Assembly: GCA_951406725.2 (NCBI GenBank)
Contig: OX597816.1
Location: forward strand, 162,440,001-162,504,000
Direction of reading: 5' to 3'
Origin: Octopus vulgaris
Lineage: Eukaryota
DNA length: 64,000 bases
In this document: one piece after another, positions 1 to 16,912 of the stretch
How positions within the stretch are numbered: position 1 is the first letter of the stretch
Layout of the letters: each line of letters opens with the position of its first letter
Notes under the pieces: generated by a model
Seen by the model: the letters and a program-made list of their open reading frames with translations, nothing else
Told to the model about the DNA's origin: nothing
The model's database searches: none
Program-made: the position numbers and the translations under genes

Positions 1-82
1 GTGACATTTGAGGGATACCTGGCTATTATGTCAAGCGGTTCGTATGATCACGTAAAAGCTAATTTGTTGGCATGTCATTATT

Positions 83-264
83 GTTCATTATTTACAATAT
101 TTACATTTGACGGATAATTGTCCTCATCTTGTTTGTTGTAAACACAACGTTTCGGCTGATATACCCTCCAGCCTTCATCAGGTGTTTTGAGGAAATTTCG
201 AACCTGGGTTCTCATTCCTAAGGCATTTTTCGATCTTCTTCTTCTTCTTCTTCTTCTTCTTCTT

Positions 265-346
<82 letters not shown>

Positions 347-369
347 TCACTGCCTGGAATCGAACTCGG
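83..369 (-). mobile_element. Short hammerhead-bearing retroelement (tRNA B-box remnant + (AAT/AAG)n + HHR tail); left arm of an inverted pair
   Basis: Reverse complement matches 372-640. Minus strand begins CCGAGTTCGATTCCAGGCAGTGACCTG (B-box-like GTTCGATTC), followed by the microsatellite and the HHR-containing tail. Confidence 0.7.
141..186 (-). ncRNA. Minimal type I hammerhead ribozyme
   Basis: Minus strand reads AACAC-CTGATGA-A-GGCTG(GAGGGTATAT)CAGCC-GAAAC-GTT-GTGTT: perfect stem I (AACAC/GTGTT), perfect stem II, canonical core, ACGT palindrome in place of stem III, GUU cleavage triplet. Confidence 0.75.
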
Positions 370-371
370 CC

Positions 372-375
372 GTGA

Positions 376-465
<90 letters not shown>

Positions 466-640
466 TAATAATAATAATAATAATAACATCGAAAAATACC
501 TTAGAAATGAGAACCCAGGTTCAAAATTTCCCCAAGACACCTGATGAATGCTGGAGGGTATATCAGCCGAAACGTCGTGTTAACAACACACAAGCTGAGG
601 ACAAATATCTGTCAACTGTAAATAACGTAAATAATGTACA
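372..640 (+). mobile_element. Second, inverted and 5'-truncated copy of the hammerhead-bearing element
   Basis: GTGACCTG-(AAT)n-CATCGAAAAATACCTTAG... is the reverse complement of 83-350. Confidence 0.7.
536..581 (+). ncRNA. Minimal type I hammerhead ribozyme
   Basis: GACAC-CTGATGA-A-TGCTG(GAGGGTATAT)CAGCC-GAAAC-GTC-GTGTT; GUC triplet, predicted cleavage after 576. Confidence 0.78.
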
Positions 641-921
641 TAATTCTTCAGCTCTTAAATGTAGAACTGTCATTAATGTTATTGGTTGCGGTATTTCTGT
701 TTGTGTTGAAGTTGTTGTTGTGGTTGTTGTTGACCACATTACCATTCTTACACAGAAAAAGCAAGTTAGCACTATTATGCTGCTACTTTAATCTCCATTG
801 TAAAATATTATATTTGTTTTGTCGAACAAACGAGCGACACATAAAATTTAAATATCTTCTCCAATGAAAATTAGGTATTCCTCAGAAAAATGTTTCCTCC
901 CTAATTAAATATTTTATAAAT

Positions 922-1270
<349 letters not shown>

Positions 1271-2130
1271 AAATTCTATAAATATATGTAAAAGAATTGT
1301 GAAACATACATAAGGACTCCTACTGCCTAAAAGAACTTCAGATTAAAACGGGCACTTGCCCAATTAAGAAATTTTTAATTAATGAAAATTACATATTTAG
1401 TGATGAGAACATTCATTATTTTAATGACTAATTCTAACGACAAAAAAAAAACGGAGAGGAAAACCAGCACAAAATTTTAATTACTGAAGATTAATTCAAT
1501 ATAGAATGCAATGGTGATTGAATCTATTCTTTAGCAGTATGATGTCAACTCTAAGGAGAATTGTTTCGAGGTTTATTGTAAATTTTATTTCCTATGACTT
1601 AACTTGAGCATGAAGGAGAGTGCCTATCGAATTTTTCAGAAATTCAAAGATGGCTGGAAGGAAGGTTGAATTTTAACTCTGACCGAATTTCTCATTAGAG
1701 TATTCTCTGAGAAATCAAAGGCGACGTAAAGGTTATGTTGTGGTGTTAAACCAGCGACGGATCGAATCTGTCAGAGAAGCATTGTTTAACTAACACTTCG
1801 GAACGCAGATAATTAGGGTGGGTTTTAGGATTTTATAGAATGTATTCTGAATGGCGATATAACCTTGAAAAACCACAAGGGGATGCCTGATGTATTAAAA
1901 TTTAATGGGTAAATGGAAGCTTTACGAACGGTTTTGGACGTAATGATCCAAACAGATCTACACAAACACATATCTTTTATCTTATATTTGTTTCAGACAT
2001 TAGGTTATGGCGATTATGAAGCACGACCTTGAATTTTTAATCGAATGGATCGACCCCTTTACTTACATTTTAAGCCTGTTTGTCAAGCAGTGGTGGAGAC
2101 AGACACAAAAAAACACACACATACACATAC

Positions 2131-2942
<812 letters not shown>

Positions 2943-2945
2943 AAC

Positions 2946-3040
2946 GAGACGCTTCTTTCAGTTTCCGTCTACCAAATCCACTCACAAGACTTCTATTGGC
3001 TCGAAACTATAGAAGAAACTTGCCATGCAGTTGGGAGCCA
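2946..3040 (-). mobile_element. SINE family A, internal fragment
   Basis: CTTCTTTCAGTTTCCGTCTACCAAATCCACTCACAAG is shared with full copies. Confidence 0.75.
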
Positions 3041-3056
3041 AATTTCTTACCGCGCC

Positions 3057-3645
<589 letters not shown>

Positions 3646-4581
3646 CAGATAGATGCGCAAGAACGTGTAGGATTGAACTGTTAGAGACTAGGTAAAAGTT
3701 TCTCAAATCCCATTACATCAATTTCTAAAGGAAGGTTAGATGGATAATGTCCTTTTGAATAATCAGAAAAAGTCTGTGACGGCAAGGCTGGAACGTCTTT
3801 GATCACAGTTCTGCTGGATGAGTGTAAAATTATGCCTAAGCAACAAGAACGAAATTTTGCTATCAAACTTTCAGATAAGTCAAAGTATAGTTTTAAATAA
3901 TAGAGGTCAATGTTGAACTAAAAAAGTAAATATAAAAAGGAAGCAACAGAAAATAAAAAAAAACACAGTAAAGAATGTATATCATGAATTAGAAAAATAA
4001 ACAACATGAAGAAGGACAGCATTAACAAGAACAACAATAATAACTATAAAAAAAATGTAAGCTCTGCGACAATTACTTCAATGGATTAATGTAATTGCTT
4101 GCATCAGAATTTCGACGTCGAAGATAGACTTAGTGAAACCACATACTTGGGTCAGAGGCAGTAATGTAATCTGTTGAAAAAATAAACAAAAAATCAGGAA
4201 AGAAAAAGAAAGAGAGAGAGTAACATAACAAAACCGGCATGATAAATATGTGAATCACGCACATGGAAGAATTAGTTTGGTTTCGGTGTTAAGTTACGAG
4301 TTATTCCTTAACGACGTTGGTGGTCTTGGTGGGTTTAAAATAAAAGGAAATATGTATGAACGAAGCGTAGTGAGGAAGTCTAGCTTAAAGTGACAAAGAG
4401 ATAAGAGGCTGATCTGTAAATGAACCAACAACACGAGATTCATTGTCTGCTGGTTCATGCATGCAATAGCACACGTCACCGCTCAGGTAGACTGGGCTCA
4501 GCACAGTTGTTCTTTCTTTACATATACCGTGTATGTTTACGGCTTCAGGTAGGTTTTATATATACATACATACATACATAA

Positions 4582-4617
<36 letters not shown>

Positions 4618-4949
4618 GCATATATATATAGCTATATATGTATATGTTTATTTATACATACAAACACACACACACAAACACACAAATACATAATTTAATA
4701 AGCGTTTGCACAGCTCCCTGCAATTTAAAGCTTCGTAGATTCGCAGAACGGACCTATCTTGTCAGGCATCTAGAGTAACTCACGAATGTCTATGTATATA
4801 TAATTATACATGCACACACACACACACACATATGTATATATATACATATACATACATATATATATATGCATATGTATAATTATATATATGTATCTATACA
4901 TACACATACATGCATTTATATATATATATGCATGTATGTATATATATAT

Positions 4950-5132
4950 GGTAAATCCAAACAAAGAAGAACAAACAAGAAAAAAGAACAACATGAGGAC
5001 GTGGTACAAGTAGTGTATTATCAAACGCTCAGGGGAGGAAAGAAAGAGGATTTTACGTTTCGAGCAAAGCTCTTCTTCAGAAGTAGAGCAAAGTCCAAAA
5101 GAAGGTAAAATGGAGGAAGAAAATCGCCCACA
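4950..5132 (-). mobile_element. Short Penelope-like terminal-repeat remnant with hammerhead, abutting (TA)n
   Basis: Similar to 13345-13560; contains the HHR at 5050-5084. Confidence 0.6.
5050..5084 (-). ncRNA. Minimal type I hammerhead ribozyme
   Basis: Minus strand reads ACTT-CTGAAGA-A-GAGC(TTT)GCTC-GAAAC-GTA-AAAT; canonical core, weak stem I. Confidence 0.65.
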
Positions 5133-5377
5133 TATATAAGGTCGGAGAGAAAATCCTGTTATATTTCTAGATTAGAAGATTAGAAAGAAACAAATGTTTC
5201 TTTGACCTTAATTGGTATATTTAATCAAGTGAATATTTCCCTTCATTATTTATTGCATAAACCAGTCTATTTTGGTGACAACGGGTTTTGAAGTTCAATC
5301 TCCATACGACTTGGTCGCCTGGATACGCGACGTGTCTGGACATTTAGATAAAGCATCATATCCATACAAGGATCTAA

Positions 5378-5612
5378 TATTTCTTATTTCGTTATTGCCC
5401 ACAAGGGGCTAAACATAGAGGGGACAAACAAGGACACACAAAGGGATTAAGTTAATTACATCGACCCCAGTGCATAACTGGTACTTAATTTATCGATCAC
5501 GAAAGGATTAAAGGCAAAGTCGACCTCGAGGGAATTTGAACTCAGAACGTAGCGGCAGACGAAATACTGCTAGGCATTTCACCCGGCGTGCTACCGTTTT
5601 TGCCAGCTCACC
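5378..5612 (-). mobile_element. tRNA-derived SINE family B (Meta-domain-like)
   Basis: GAGCTGGCA head, GAGTTCAAATTC B-box, GCCTTT.ATCCTTTCG.G.TCGATAAATTAAGTACCAG central motif; matches 30745-30968. Confidence 0.88.
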
Positions 5613-5867
5613 AAGGATTGCCATTGCTGAAGGGACATTTTTTGAATTCCGACAACATGCAATGCCTGGGAGCGGTTTGATTTAATCTCACTTTAAAAGG
5701 GTAAAATCGATAGAATTTAACTACATGGTGTAAGCTAATCTACAGTGAAAGAAAAAGCATTAGAATGAAAAACTTAATGCTTATTTTACCGTAAGTTTTG
5801 AAAAATACCCTGAAAGTGACCATGACAAGAATGTGAATAGGAATGTGTTGTGTAGAGGGTAAAGAGG

Positions 5868-5929
<62 letters not shown>

Positions 5930-5931
<2 letters not shown>

Positions 5932-6032
5932 TAAGGGTAAAAAATTGATTAATTTGATTAATATCAATTTAAACCAGTGGCCTAGCATATTGAAAAAAAT
6001 CTGAAGATTCAGAAAAATTATATTACATACAT
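5930..6032. repeat. Unclassified dispersed repeat next to a (TA)n array
   Basis: Similar to 44843-44942 (ATATCAATTTAAA.CCAGT.G.CTA.CATA...ATCTGAA). Confidence 0.5.
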
Positions 6033-6346
6033 ATAAGAAGGAAGACCACTAGGTGGACATCCAGTATGCTAGATGTAGACCCCACATGGTCTGACCAATA
6101 ATAAAAGATTGTTCTCAAGAAAATTCAGGCCAGAACGTAAGCGAGCAAGACAGATGAAAAGATACAAAATATAATGATTAGTCACATACCACACACACAC
6201 ACACATACGCACGCACGCACGCACACACACAGATCAACTCTTTTTTCGAAGTCTTGTTTTGAGGATGGAATCTCATTTTTGCTCAAGTGTTATTGTCCTC
6301 GTGAGATATGATTATAGAGAATCCACTGTTCACCTGTGATGATTCT

Positions 6347-6414
6347 ACCCAGTGGTCCTGAACTCGGAACCATGTGGTTGATAAGCAAGCAACTTACCAC
6401 ACAGCCACTCCTGC
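6347..6414 (-). mobile_element. SINE A head fragment
   Basis: GGAACCATGTGGTT...CTTACCACACAGCCACTCCTGC. Confidence 0.8.
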
Positions 6415-6419
6415 TTTTA

Positions 6420-6497
6420 TATACAAACCAATGTATAGCAAAGAAACGGTTTCCTACGCCATTTCAAGCGTTCGAAACAGTGAATAAAGTTATGTAA
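6420..6497 (+). repeat. Local direct repeat, copy 1 (copy 2 at about 7178-7256)
   Basis: ATACAAACCA.TGTATAGCA.AGAAACGG...AACAGTGAATAAAGTTATGTAA occurs in both copies. Confidence 0.8.
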
Positions 6498-7177
6498 TGT
6501 TTATCATTATCATATATTTATACTTATGCACGCACATACCTTGTCATAATGTGATTTGTTCTACGCACTACATAAAACCATTTAATATAGAGTTCAATAC
6601 ATAAAGGTCCAGTCGAGTCATTACATCCACACAACTACATTATATTTATGTGTAGACACATCCAACTACATCAGTTGTTGTATATAATGTAATAGATGCA
6701 GAGTACTTCACCTCAGAGAAAACAAAACAAAAAAAACAACAAAACTTTAATATACTCAAGTAGCAGACATTTTACAATTTTTACATTATCATACACCCAG
6801 TTATATTTCACTCGTCCTCGTTTCAAGATAACATGTCACCATTCCACAGATTGGACACCAAAAAAGTATATCAGACAGTACTGATTACTCTGTGCTATGT
6901 TCTTATAGATTTTAGCACGCTCCTGTACTTCAAGACATCTTCACATTTCACGACTGTGAATTTGGAAAGTATTTGAATGATAAATGAAAGAAAGTAATTT
7001 GCTCGGTCAATTATCTGTAAGTCTACTTTCACAAGTATGGCGGTCGGAAACTCTCAAAGTCTATCACAATATCGTTAATGTCTGAGGAGAATGGCTGAGG
7101 GCTAACTGTTCCATTAATTAATTAAATAGTTAATTAATTAATTACTTCATTAATTAGTTGATTAATTAATTATTTAT

Positions 7178-7256
7178 ATATACAAACCAGTGTATAGCAG
7201 AGAAACGGGTTCTATCGCCATTGAAAGCGTCCGGAACAGTGAATAAAGTTATGTAA
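7178..7256 (+). repeat. Local direct repeat, copy 2
   Basis: See 6420-6497. Confidence 0.8.
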
Positions 7257-7285
7257 AAACATAATCTTTGATTTTTGTTATATAC

Positions 7286-7316
<31 letters not shown>

Positions 7317-7365
7317 TGTATGTATGTATGTATACACACACACATATATACACATATATATATAC

Positions 7366-7414
<49 letters not shown>

Positions 7415-7429
7415 CATACATATATATAT

Positions 7430-7470
<41 letters not shown>

Positions 7471-7525
7471 GAGAGAGAGAGAGAGAGAGAAATAGTTAGA
7501 TAGATAGATAGATAGTTTGATAGAC

Positions 7526-7631
<106 letters not shown>

Positions 7632-7673
7632 GCAGGCAGATTGACAGACACACTGACAGACAGACTGTCAGTC

Positions 7674-7704
<31 letters not shown>

Positions 7705-8404
7705 TAGATAGATAATAGATGCATGGATTAATGGATGGATGGATGGATGATATAGATATGCATATACATTATTTGACCAATATTACGCGAGAGAGTACGA
7801 AAAAGAATGAGAAAGTAAATTGTTGGAATATGATAAAGGAGATAGAAACGGTGTGTAAATATATATAATAGACGTAAATGGCCAGAATGAAGTGAAAGGT
7901 AATATCAGGACCACTTCTATGTCATACAAAACAATACAGAGAAAATAAAATGGAAGAGAGAAAAGCAAAGAAACAAAAAAGTGCGCGCAAAAGTGAAGAC
8001 ATTTTAATGAAACGGCAAAGCCATAGACCTCTTCAAAAGAATTATGAATGGGGAATGTAGCGAAAGACTGCTTTTGAAACAAGAGGAAACGAAAGAAGGG
8101 ATGAAAAGTGAGAGTGCAGAAGATGGAAGGCAGAAGGTACTGTGGCGATATAGAAAACGGAGCAGAGTAAAAAATGACACGGAAAAATCGGGGAGAAAAA
8201 AAATGAAAGCAAAAGCGATTTCGGTAGCATTATAAGTTTGTATGTATCTATGTATATTTGTATGTCTGTCTGTATGTATGTATGTATGTATGTATGTATG
8301 TATGTATGTATGTATGTATGTATGTATGTATGTATGTATGTATGTATGTATGTATGTATGTATGTATGTATGTATGTATGTATGTATGTATGTATGTATA
8401 TTTG

Positions 8405-8435
<31 letters not shown>

Positions 8436-8749
8436 TTATGAAGATACATATGTGTGTGTGTGTGTGTGAGTGCGCGTATGTGTGTGTATATAAATGTATA
8501 TATAACTATATACAAATATATGAATACACACACACACGCACACACTCACACGCACGCACACGCACACACAGACACACGCGCGCGCGCACACACACACACA
8601 CATGTATATATATCAGACCATATTAATAATACATATATGTTTAAATGCTACACATGTATATGTATATGTGTGTTTATATGTATGTATATGTGTATATGTT
8701 TGTATATATACATATATACAGGTATATATATATATATGAATGCGTATAT

Positions 8750-8808
<59 letters not shown>

Positions 8809-8855
8809 CATATATATATGTGTGTGTGTCTGCAAATATATATATCCGTAACAAT

Positions 8856-8888
<33 letters not shown>

Positions 8889-9042
8889 AATATATATATA
8901 TATACACACATGCGTTCTTATGTACATAGACAAATAAACACACATTCACACAGAGAGAGAGACACGTGCATACATAAAAATACATGAAATGGCTCAGAAA
9001 CAAAGAGAATGAGAGGGAGAGAGAGAGTGTGTGAGAGAGGGA

Positions 9043-9113
<71 letters not shown>

Positions 9114-9370
9114 AAAATGCGGCCGGGTGTATGTGTGTATAAACGGAAAGAAAATAAGGGCAGAGACAGGATTGAGACAGATGAGAGGAAATATTGGGAA
9201 AACAACAATATGAAATCCTGCAGTTCAAAATGGCGGAACAATCTGTTGAGTAATCAATCAAGGAGAAATATCTGGCTGTCATGTGTTGAGCGATGCTTCT
9301 ATTAAATGTGTTGTTGTGTAGATATATACATACAGACGCGCACACATTCACAAACGGGCATATTCATGTA

Positions 9371-9412
<42 letters not shown>

Positions 9413-10121
9413 TGTATGCTTATATACATACACACACACGCATATATATGTATGTATGTATGTATATAGGTATGTATATTCACGGGGAGATAAAATATTC
9501 GTTGTATATTCATGTATTTCTTTGCGTACGTGTACATAAATACACATCTATGTATGTACGCATATTCTTTATACATTGACGTATGTGTGTATATATTTTA
9601 TGTGTGTGTATGAGTGTGTATGTATATATATACACGTGTATCTATATATATGTAAATCTACGAAGACATGTATGAATAGAAAACATTTTTATGTAGTTAT
9701 CTGCCTTTGCAACTTAGATTTCTTTATAGTAACTGTACATAAATGACTATTCACAGAAGTTTGTGCGCGCGAGCGTTCGTACACACACAACGCACACACA
9801 CACACACACACACATACACACACACATACACACGCAACGCTCACACGTACACACGCATACACACACACGTATACATATTCGCATAAATATATATGTAGAT
9901 ATATATTTATGTATACACATATATACACATGCACACACACACACACACATATATATTCACACACACACATATATATGTACGCTCGCAAAAACACTCGTGT
10001 TTATATATATATTTATATATATATATAAATACATAAAGAAAATAAATAGACGCCATTCTCTATGTCCCTCTCCTTATGTGTGTGCGTGTGTGTTTGAGAG
10101 AGCGTGTGTCTGTACCTATAA

Positions 10122-10164
<43 letters not shown>

Positions 10165-10441
10165 TGTGTGTATGTGTGGGTGTATGTGTGTGCACATATA
10201 CATCTATTTGCGGGCATAAAATGTTGCAGTGAAAGAGTTGTATATAAATATATATAAGTAGATGCACATATAACGACTTTATTTACATATCTATACATAC
10301 ATAAAAGAAACAATCACTCCGAGTTATGCACGTACGTACACACACACAAACACATACACACACATACGCACACAAACACACACAAACGCACATATACATA
10401 TACACACGCACAAGCACACACACCGGCACATATACTCATTA

Positions 10442-10480
<39 letters not shown>

Positions 10481-10529
10481 TGCGTGTATATATGTGTATG
10501 TATTTACACGTAGACATACACGCACATAC

Positions 10530-10582
<53 letters not shown>

Positions 10583-10634
10583 TGTGTATATGCATATATA
10601 TATATATGATATATATATATATATACATACATAC

Positions 10635-11020
10635 AAGAATGGCTGTGTGGTAAGTAGCTTGCTTACCAGCCACATGGTTCCGGGTTCAGTCCCACTGCGT
10701 GGCATCTTGGGCAGGTGTCTTCTACTGTATCTCGGGCTGACCAAACCCTTGTGATTGCATTTGATAAACGGAAACTGAAAGAAGCCCGTCGTATATATAT
10801 ATATATATATGGGTGCGTGTGTGTGTGTGTCTGTTTCTCCCTAAAACATTGCTTGACAACCGATGCTGGTGTGTTTACGTCCCTGAAACTTAGCCGTTCT
10901 GCAAAAGACCGATAGAGTAAGTACTAGGCTTGCAAAGAATTATTCGTGGGATCAATTTGCTCGACTAAAGGCAGTGCTCCGGCATGGCCGCTGTCACAGG
11001 ACTGACACATATAAAAGAAT
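10635..11020 (+). mobile_element. SINE family A, near full length
   Basis: TGGCTGTGTGGTAAGTAGCTTGCTTACC...GGTTCAGTCCCACTGCGTGGCATCTTGGGCAG...CATGGCCGC. Confidence 0.92.
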
Positions 11021-11751
11021 AGAAGAATATATACATAAGTATGTTTACGTATATATATATATATATATATATGCACATATACATGTATGTAAGTATGTTT
11101 ATGCATAGTTTTGTAAGTAGATATAAGTCATATACTTATACATATATATATTCAGGTATACAAACATACATACATAGACACGCATACATACCTACATATA
11201 TATTATATGCTTACGTTTATGTATAAAGAGATAATCCTTTATGAGCCTATACATTTACATATATGTAGATATATATTTATGTACATTTGTCCACACACAT
11301 ACACATAAACCACAGCACACAGCGAGGCACACTCACATAGAAACAGAGGCACTTGTCGATGGATCTGTTTGCGTGCCTCTGTAGGAATGTATGCACGGAT
11401 GTGTGTATTTGTACATGGCGTCCATTTTAATATTCCTTATGCGTTCTCGTATTGTGATTGTATCAGTTTTTCCCAAGTAAAAACAATCTAACATTTTTTC
11501 TTTGTTTCAATATGGCTAAGTCGGCATCGCAATTAATCTGCGGGCTTTTTTACTCGACCGCTCTCTCTTTTCTGCCCCCTTATATGTTCTTCCTTCCTTC
11601 TTTTCTTGTGTATTTCTCTTTATGCTCTCTTTATCTCTTCCTTTCTATATCTCTCCACCACCGCAATCAAAATCGTCATCTCATCCGTATATATATATAT
11701 ATATTCATTTATTTATTTGTGTGTGTGGTTGTGCATATATATATACATAAA

Positions 11752-11860
<109 letters not shown>

Positions 11861-12343
11861 GTATATATATATGTATATATTTCTGTGTATGATTTTGAGT
11901 GATTTTAAGTGTATATGTCAGTGTGTGTCTGTGTGTCCAGGTGCTTGTGCTTACATAGGTATGTATGCATACATGAAACATATATGAATGTATGTATTCA
12001 TGTATGTACGTACATGCGCGTGTGGATTGGATTACTGTGATGTGCTCATCATAAAGCAAACGTTACGAAATATGGAATAGATGCTAATTTGTTTCAATGT
12101 TGACATACAACAAAGAGATGACTCATGATTCTCTGGCTTCATTCCGTTAGATTCTTTCCATTCTGGTTACATGTACTAATCTTGTTTTGCTCTTTTCAAC
12201 GCCTTTTCTACCATTCATATTTCTTTAGCAAGCGATCGTGATTTTTTTCAAAAATGCTAATATTAACTTACAATATTAAATTATCTCACTTTCTCTCTCT
12301 CCCTCTCTCTCTCTCACCCACTGTCAGTTTATCTGTCTGTCTC

Positions 12344-12401
<58 letters not shown>

Positions 12402-12468
12402 AGTCTGTCTATGTGTCTGTCTGTGTACGTATGTATGTATCAGTCCATCCGTCTCTCGTTCCATATAT

Positions 12469-12556
<88 letters not shown>

Positions 12557-12635
12557 CAATATATGTATACATAAATACATATGGAAATATATCTATATCT
12601 ATATATGTATCTATGTCTGTCTGTCTGTCTGTCTG

Positions 12636-12707
<72 letters not shown>

Positions 12708-12709
12708 AA

Positions 12710-12823
12710 ATTGATAGAAAAACAAAAGGCGAAGAAAAAGTGTTAGTTTGACGCTCGGGAAAAAATGAAAAAGTCATCTACGTTTCGAGCCTACGCCCTT
12801 CAACAGAAAGAATAAGAGGAAAT

Positions 12824-12828
<5 letters not shown>
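12710..12828 (-). mobile_element. Penelope-like short repeat with variant hammerhead (12775-12810)
   Basis: Minus strand CTTT-CTGTTGA-A-GGGC(GTAG)GCTC-GAAAC-GTA; flanks match 16745-16912 and 48660-48850. Confidence 0.6.
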
Positions 12829-12886
<58 letters not shown>

Positions 12887-12919
12887 AATGAAAACTTGTA
12901 GAGTTCAATGACACATATG

Positions 12920-12960
<41 letters not shown>

Positions 12961-12961
12961 C

Positions 12962-13000
<39 letters not shown>

Positions 13001-13231
13001 AGAGTGAGTGAGGTAGAGAGAGAGAGAGAGTCAACAACAATTGAAAAGATTGCAAGACGCAATGAAAATTTTATAAAGATAAATAAATAAATGAGTGGCA
13101 ATATTACCGGTGAGTGTGTTAAATAAGAAGGCACTAAAAGACAATAACTATACCCAGGCATAACAGAATATGCTTCAACACACGAACTCACATGAGGAAT
13201 CTTGCAAACCAAATCCAAAAACGAAATATGT

Positions 13232-13317
<86 letters not shown>

Positions 13318-13344
13318 GTATGTATGTATGTATATATGTATGTA

Positions 13345-13559
13345 TAGTTAATCCAAGCATGAACAAGCAAGAAAAAACACGGAAAAACAACAACGCGAGG
13401 ACGTGGAGTAAGTACAGTGTTATTGAACGCTCAGGAAAGGAAAGGAAAGAAAGAGGATTTCATGTATCGAGCGGTTCTCTATGTCAGAAAGGTAGAAAAA
13501 AGTCCAAAGAAAGGAAGACAGAGTAACAAAATCGCCATCGACGCACACGCGATCACATG

Positions 13560-13560
<1 letters not shown>
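13345..13560 (-). mobile_element. Penelope-like short repeat, degenerate hammerhead
   Basis: Homologous to 4950-5132; core decayed to CTGACAT...GCTCGATAC. Confidence 0.55.
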
Positions 13561-13590
<30 letters not shown>

Positions 13591-13631
13591 TTGAGTGTGT
13601 GTGTGTGCTTATATTTATATACATATATATA

Positions 13632-13684
<53 letters not shown>

Positions 13685-13859
13685 TGTTTACAGAATGCAT
13701 GCATATATGAATACATATACATACAATTAGATATCTGTGTCTAAAGCTATGCCTGCATTTTATATCAAACTCTAAAAGCAGTGCTCGAGAGCGACCTGAC
13801 TAGGTACAGTTGAGATGAAATATATGAAAACGTCAATGAGTACTACTCACCACTTCATT

Positions 13860-14230
13860 TTCAAGTTTTCGTTGACCTCACAAAGGCCTTTCATAATGTG
13901 AAATGGATGGCTTTGTGCATATTCTTAGAAATACTTTGACGTCCACCGGAGTTTGTCGTAATGATTCGTAAACTCCATCTCAATATGTGGTCACGTGTTA
14001 ATGGAATCCTATCAGACCTTATGTCAATTGACAACGGTATGAATCAAGGAGACATATTTACCCCTACACTTTTCTCCACCTATTTCTCTCTTGCTATTGC
14101 TTATGCTTTTCAAGAATGTACCATCGGTGTCTATCTAAGGCTCCGATCCTCCGCTAAAGTATTTAATCTGAGTCGGTTGAGATTCAAATTGTTTGTGAAT
14201 TGCTATATAATGACGATAAACGAAATATGC
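13860..14230 (+). mobile_element. RTE-clade (BovB-like) LINE reverse transcriptase fragment, pseudogenised
   Basis: Translation FVDLTKAFHNV...MIRKLH...NGMNQGDIFTPTLFSTYF...GVYLRLRSSAKVFNLSRLR matches RTE RT motifs; in-frame stop present. Confidence 0.85.
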
Positions 14231-14332
14231 AAAATTTGGTGGGAATTTTTTATCTTTTTTATAGAGCTTGCATCACTATTAGTTCATTTTAGTATATCTA
14301 ATTTGAATATCTTTTTCCTGTGTACTCGGAAG

Positions 14333-15971
<1,639 letters not shown>

Positions 15972-15973
15972 TG

Positions 15974-16082
<109 letters not shown>

Positions 16083-16083
16083 T

Positions 16084-16139
<56 letters not shown>

Positions 16140-16412
16140 GCTTTTTCCTTGAGTATGAGTAAGTATCTCATTTACTTCTTTGGCACATATATCACTGACG
16201 AAAGGAGTATCTCATTTACTTCTTTGGTTCTTTTTGAACTAACCCTGAAATCGGTCCGATATGGTAATAAAGGAATTTATTAGAGATTTCTGTCGGCCTT
16301 TTTTCGAGTAGCGTGCGTACTGGGAAAAAAAACTATATGGTAAATGGACAAAATGTCCAATTTTCGGCATATTTGGCATTAGAAATTTATTCGTTTGCCC
16401 TTATCTATAAGT

Positions 16413-16453
<41 letters not shown>

Positions 16454-16522
16454 TTAATAAATAAAATATATGCATACATACATACATGTATGTACGTACC
16501 TACATCTACATGTATATATACA

Positions 16523-16592
<70 letters not shown>

Positions 16593-16744
16593 TACAGGAC
16601 ACCACGAATAGACGTAGAACACAGCGAGAAACGAAAACATAAAAACAAACTAGGAAACGGACATTTTTTAACAACGAAAAAACAGAGTACAAGATAAACA
16701 ATACAAGGAATATACCCCTTTTTTCTAACCTTTTTTCTCTCCTT

Positions 16745-16912
16745 TCTTTCTCTCCTTGTTTCTTCCTTGTTTTTTCTGTGGCCCTTTCTGTAGAAGAGTG
16801 TAGGCTCGAAACGTAAAATACTTTTTTCTATTCGTGAGCGTTATACTAATACATCTGTTTGTTTTGTACACCACCTGTCTTCGTCTTTTGTTTTTTTCGT
16901 AAACTCTCCCTA
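16745..16912 (+). mobile_element. Penelope-like short repeat with variant hammerhead (16785-16818)
   Basis: TTT-CTGTAGA-A-GAGT(GTAG)GCTC-GAAAC-GTA-AAA; ends in (TA)n. Confidence 0.62.

Noticed and set aside
4420-4458. Hairpin ATGAACCA...TGGTTCAT as a pre-miRNA
   Set aside because: Too short and imperfect; I recognised no conserved mature miRNA here or elsewhere in the window.
9224-9238. YY1-like CAAAATGGCGG motif
   Set aside because: A single short motif without other promoter evidence.
10635-10700. tRNA gene calls for the SINE heads (also 28332 and 43690-43757)
   Set aside because: A/B boxes are present, but they continue into SINE bodies with no complete cloverleaf or acceptor stem.
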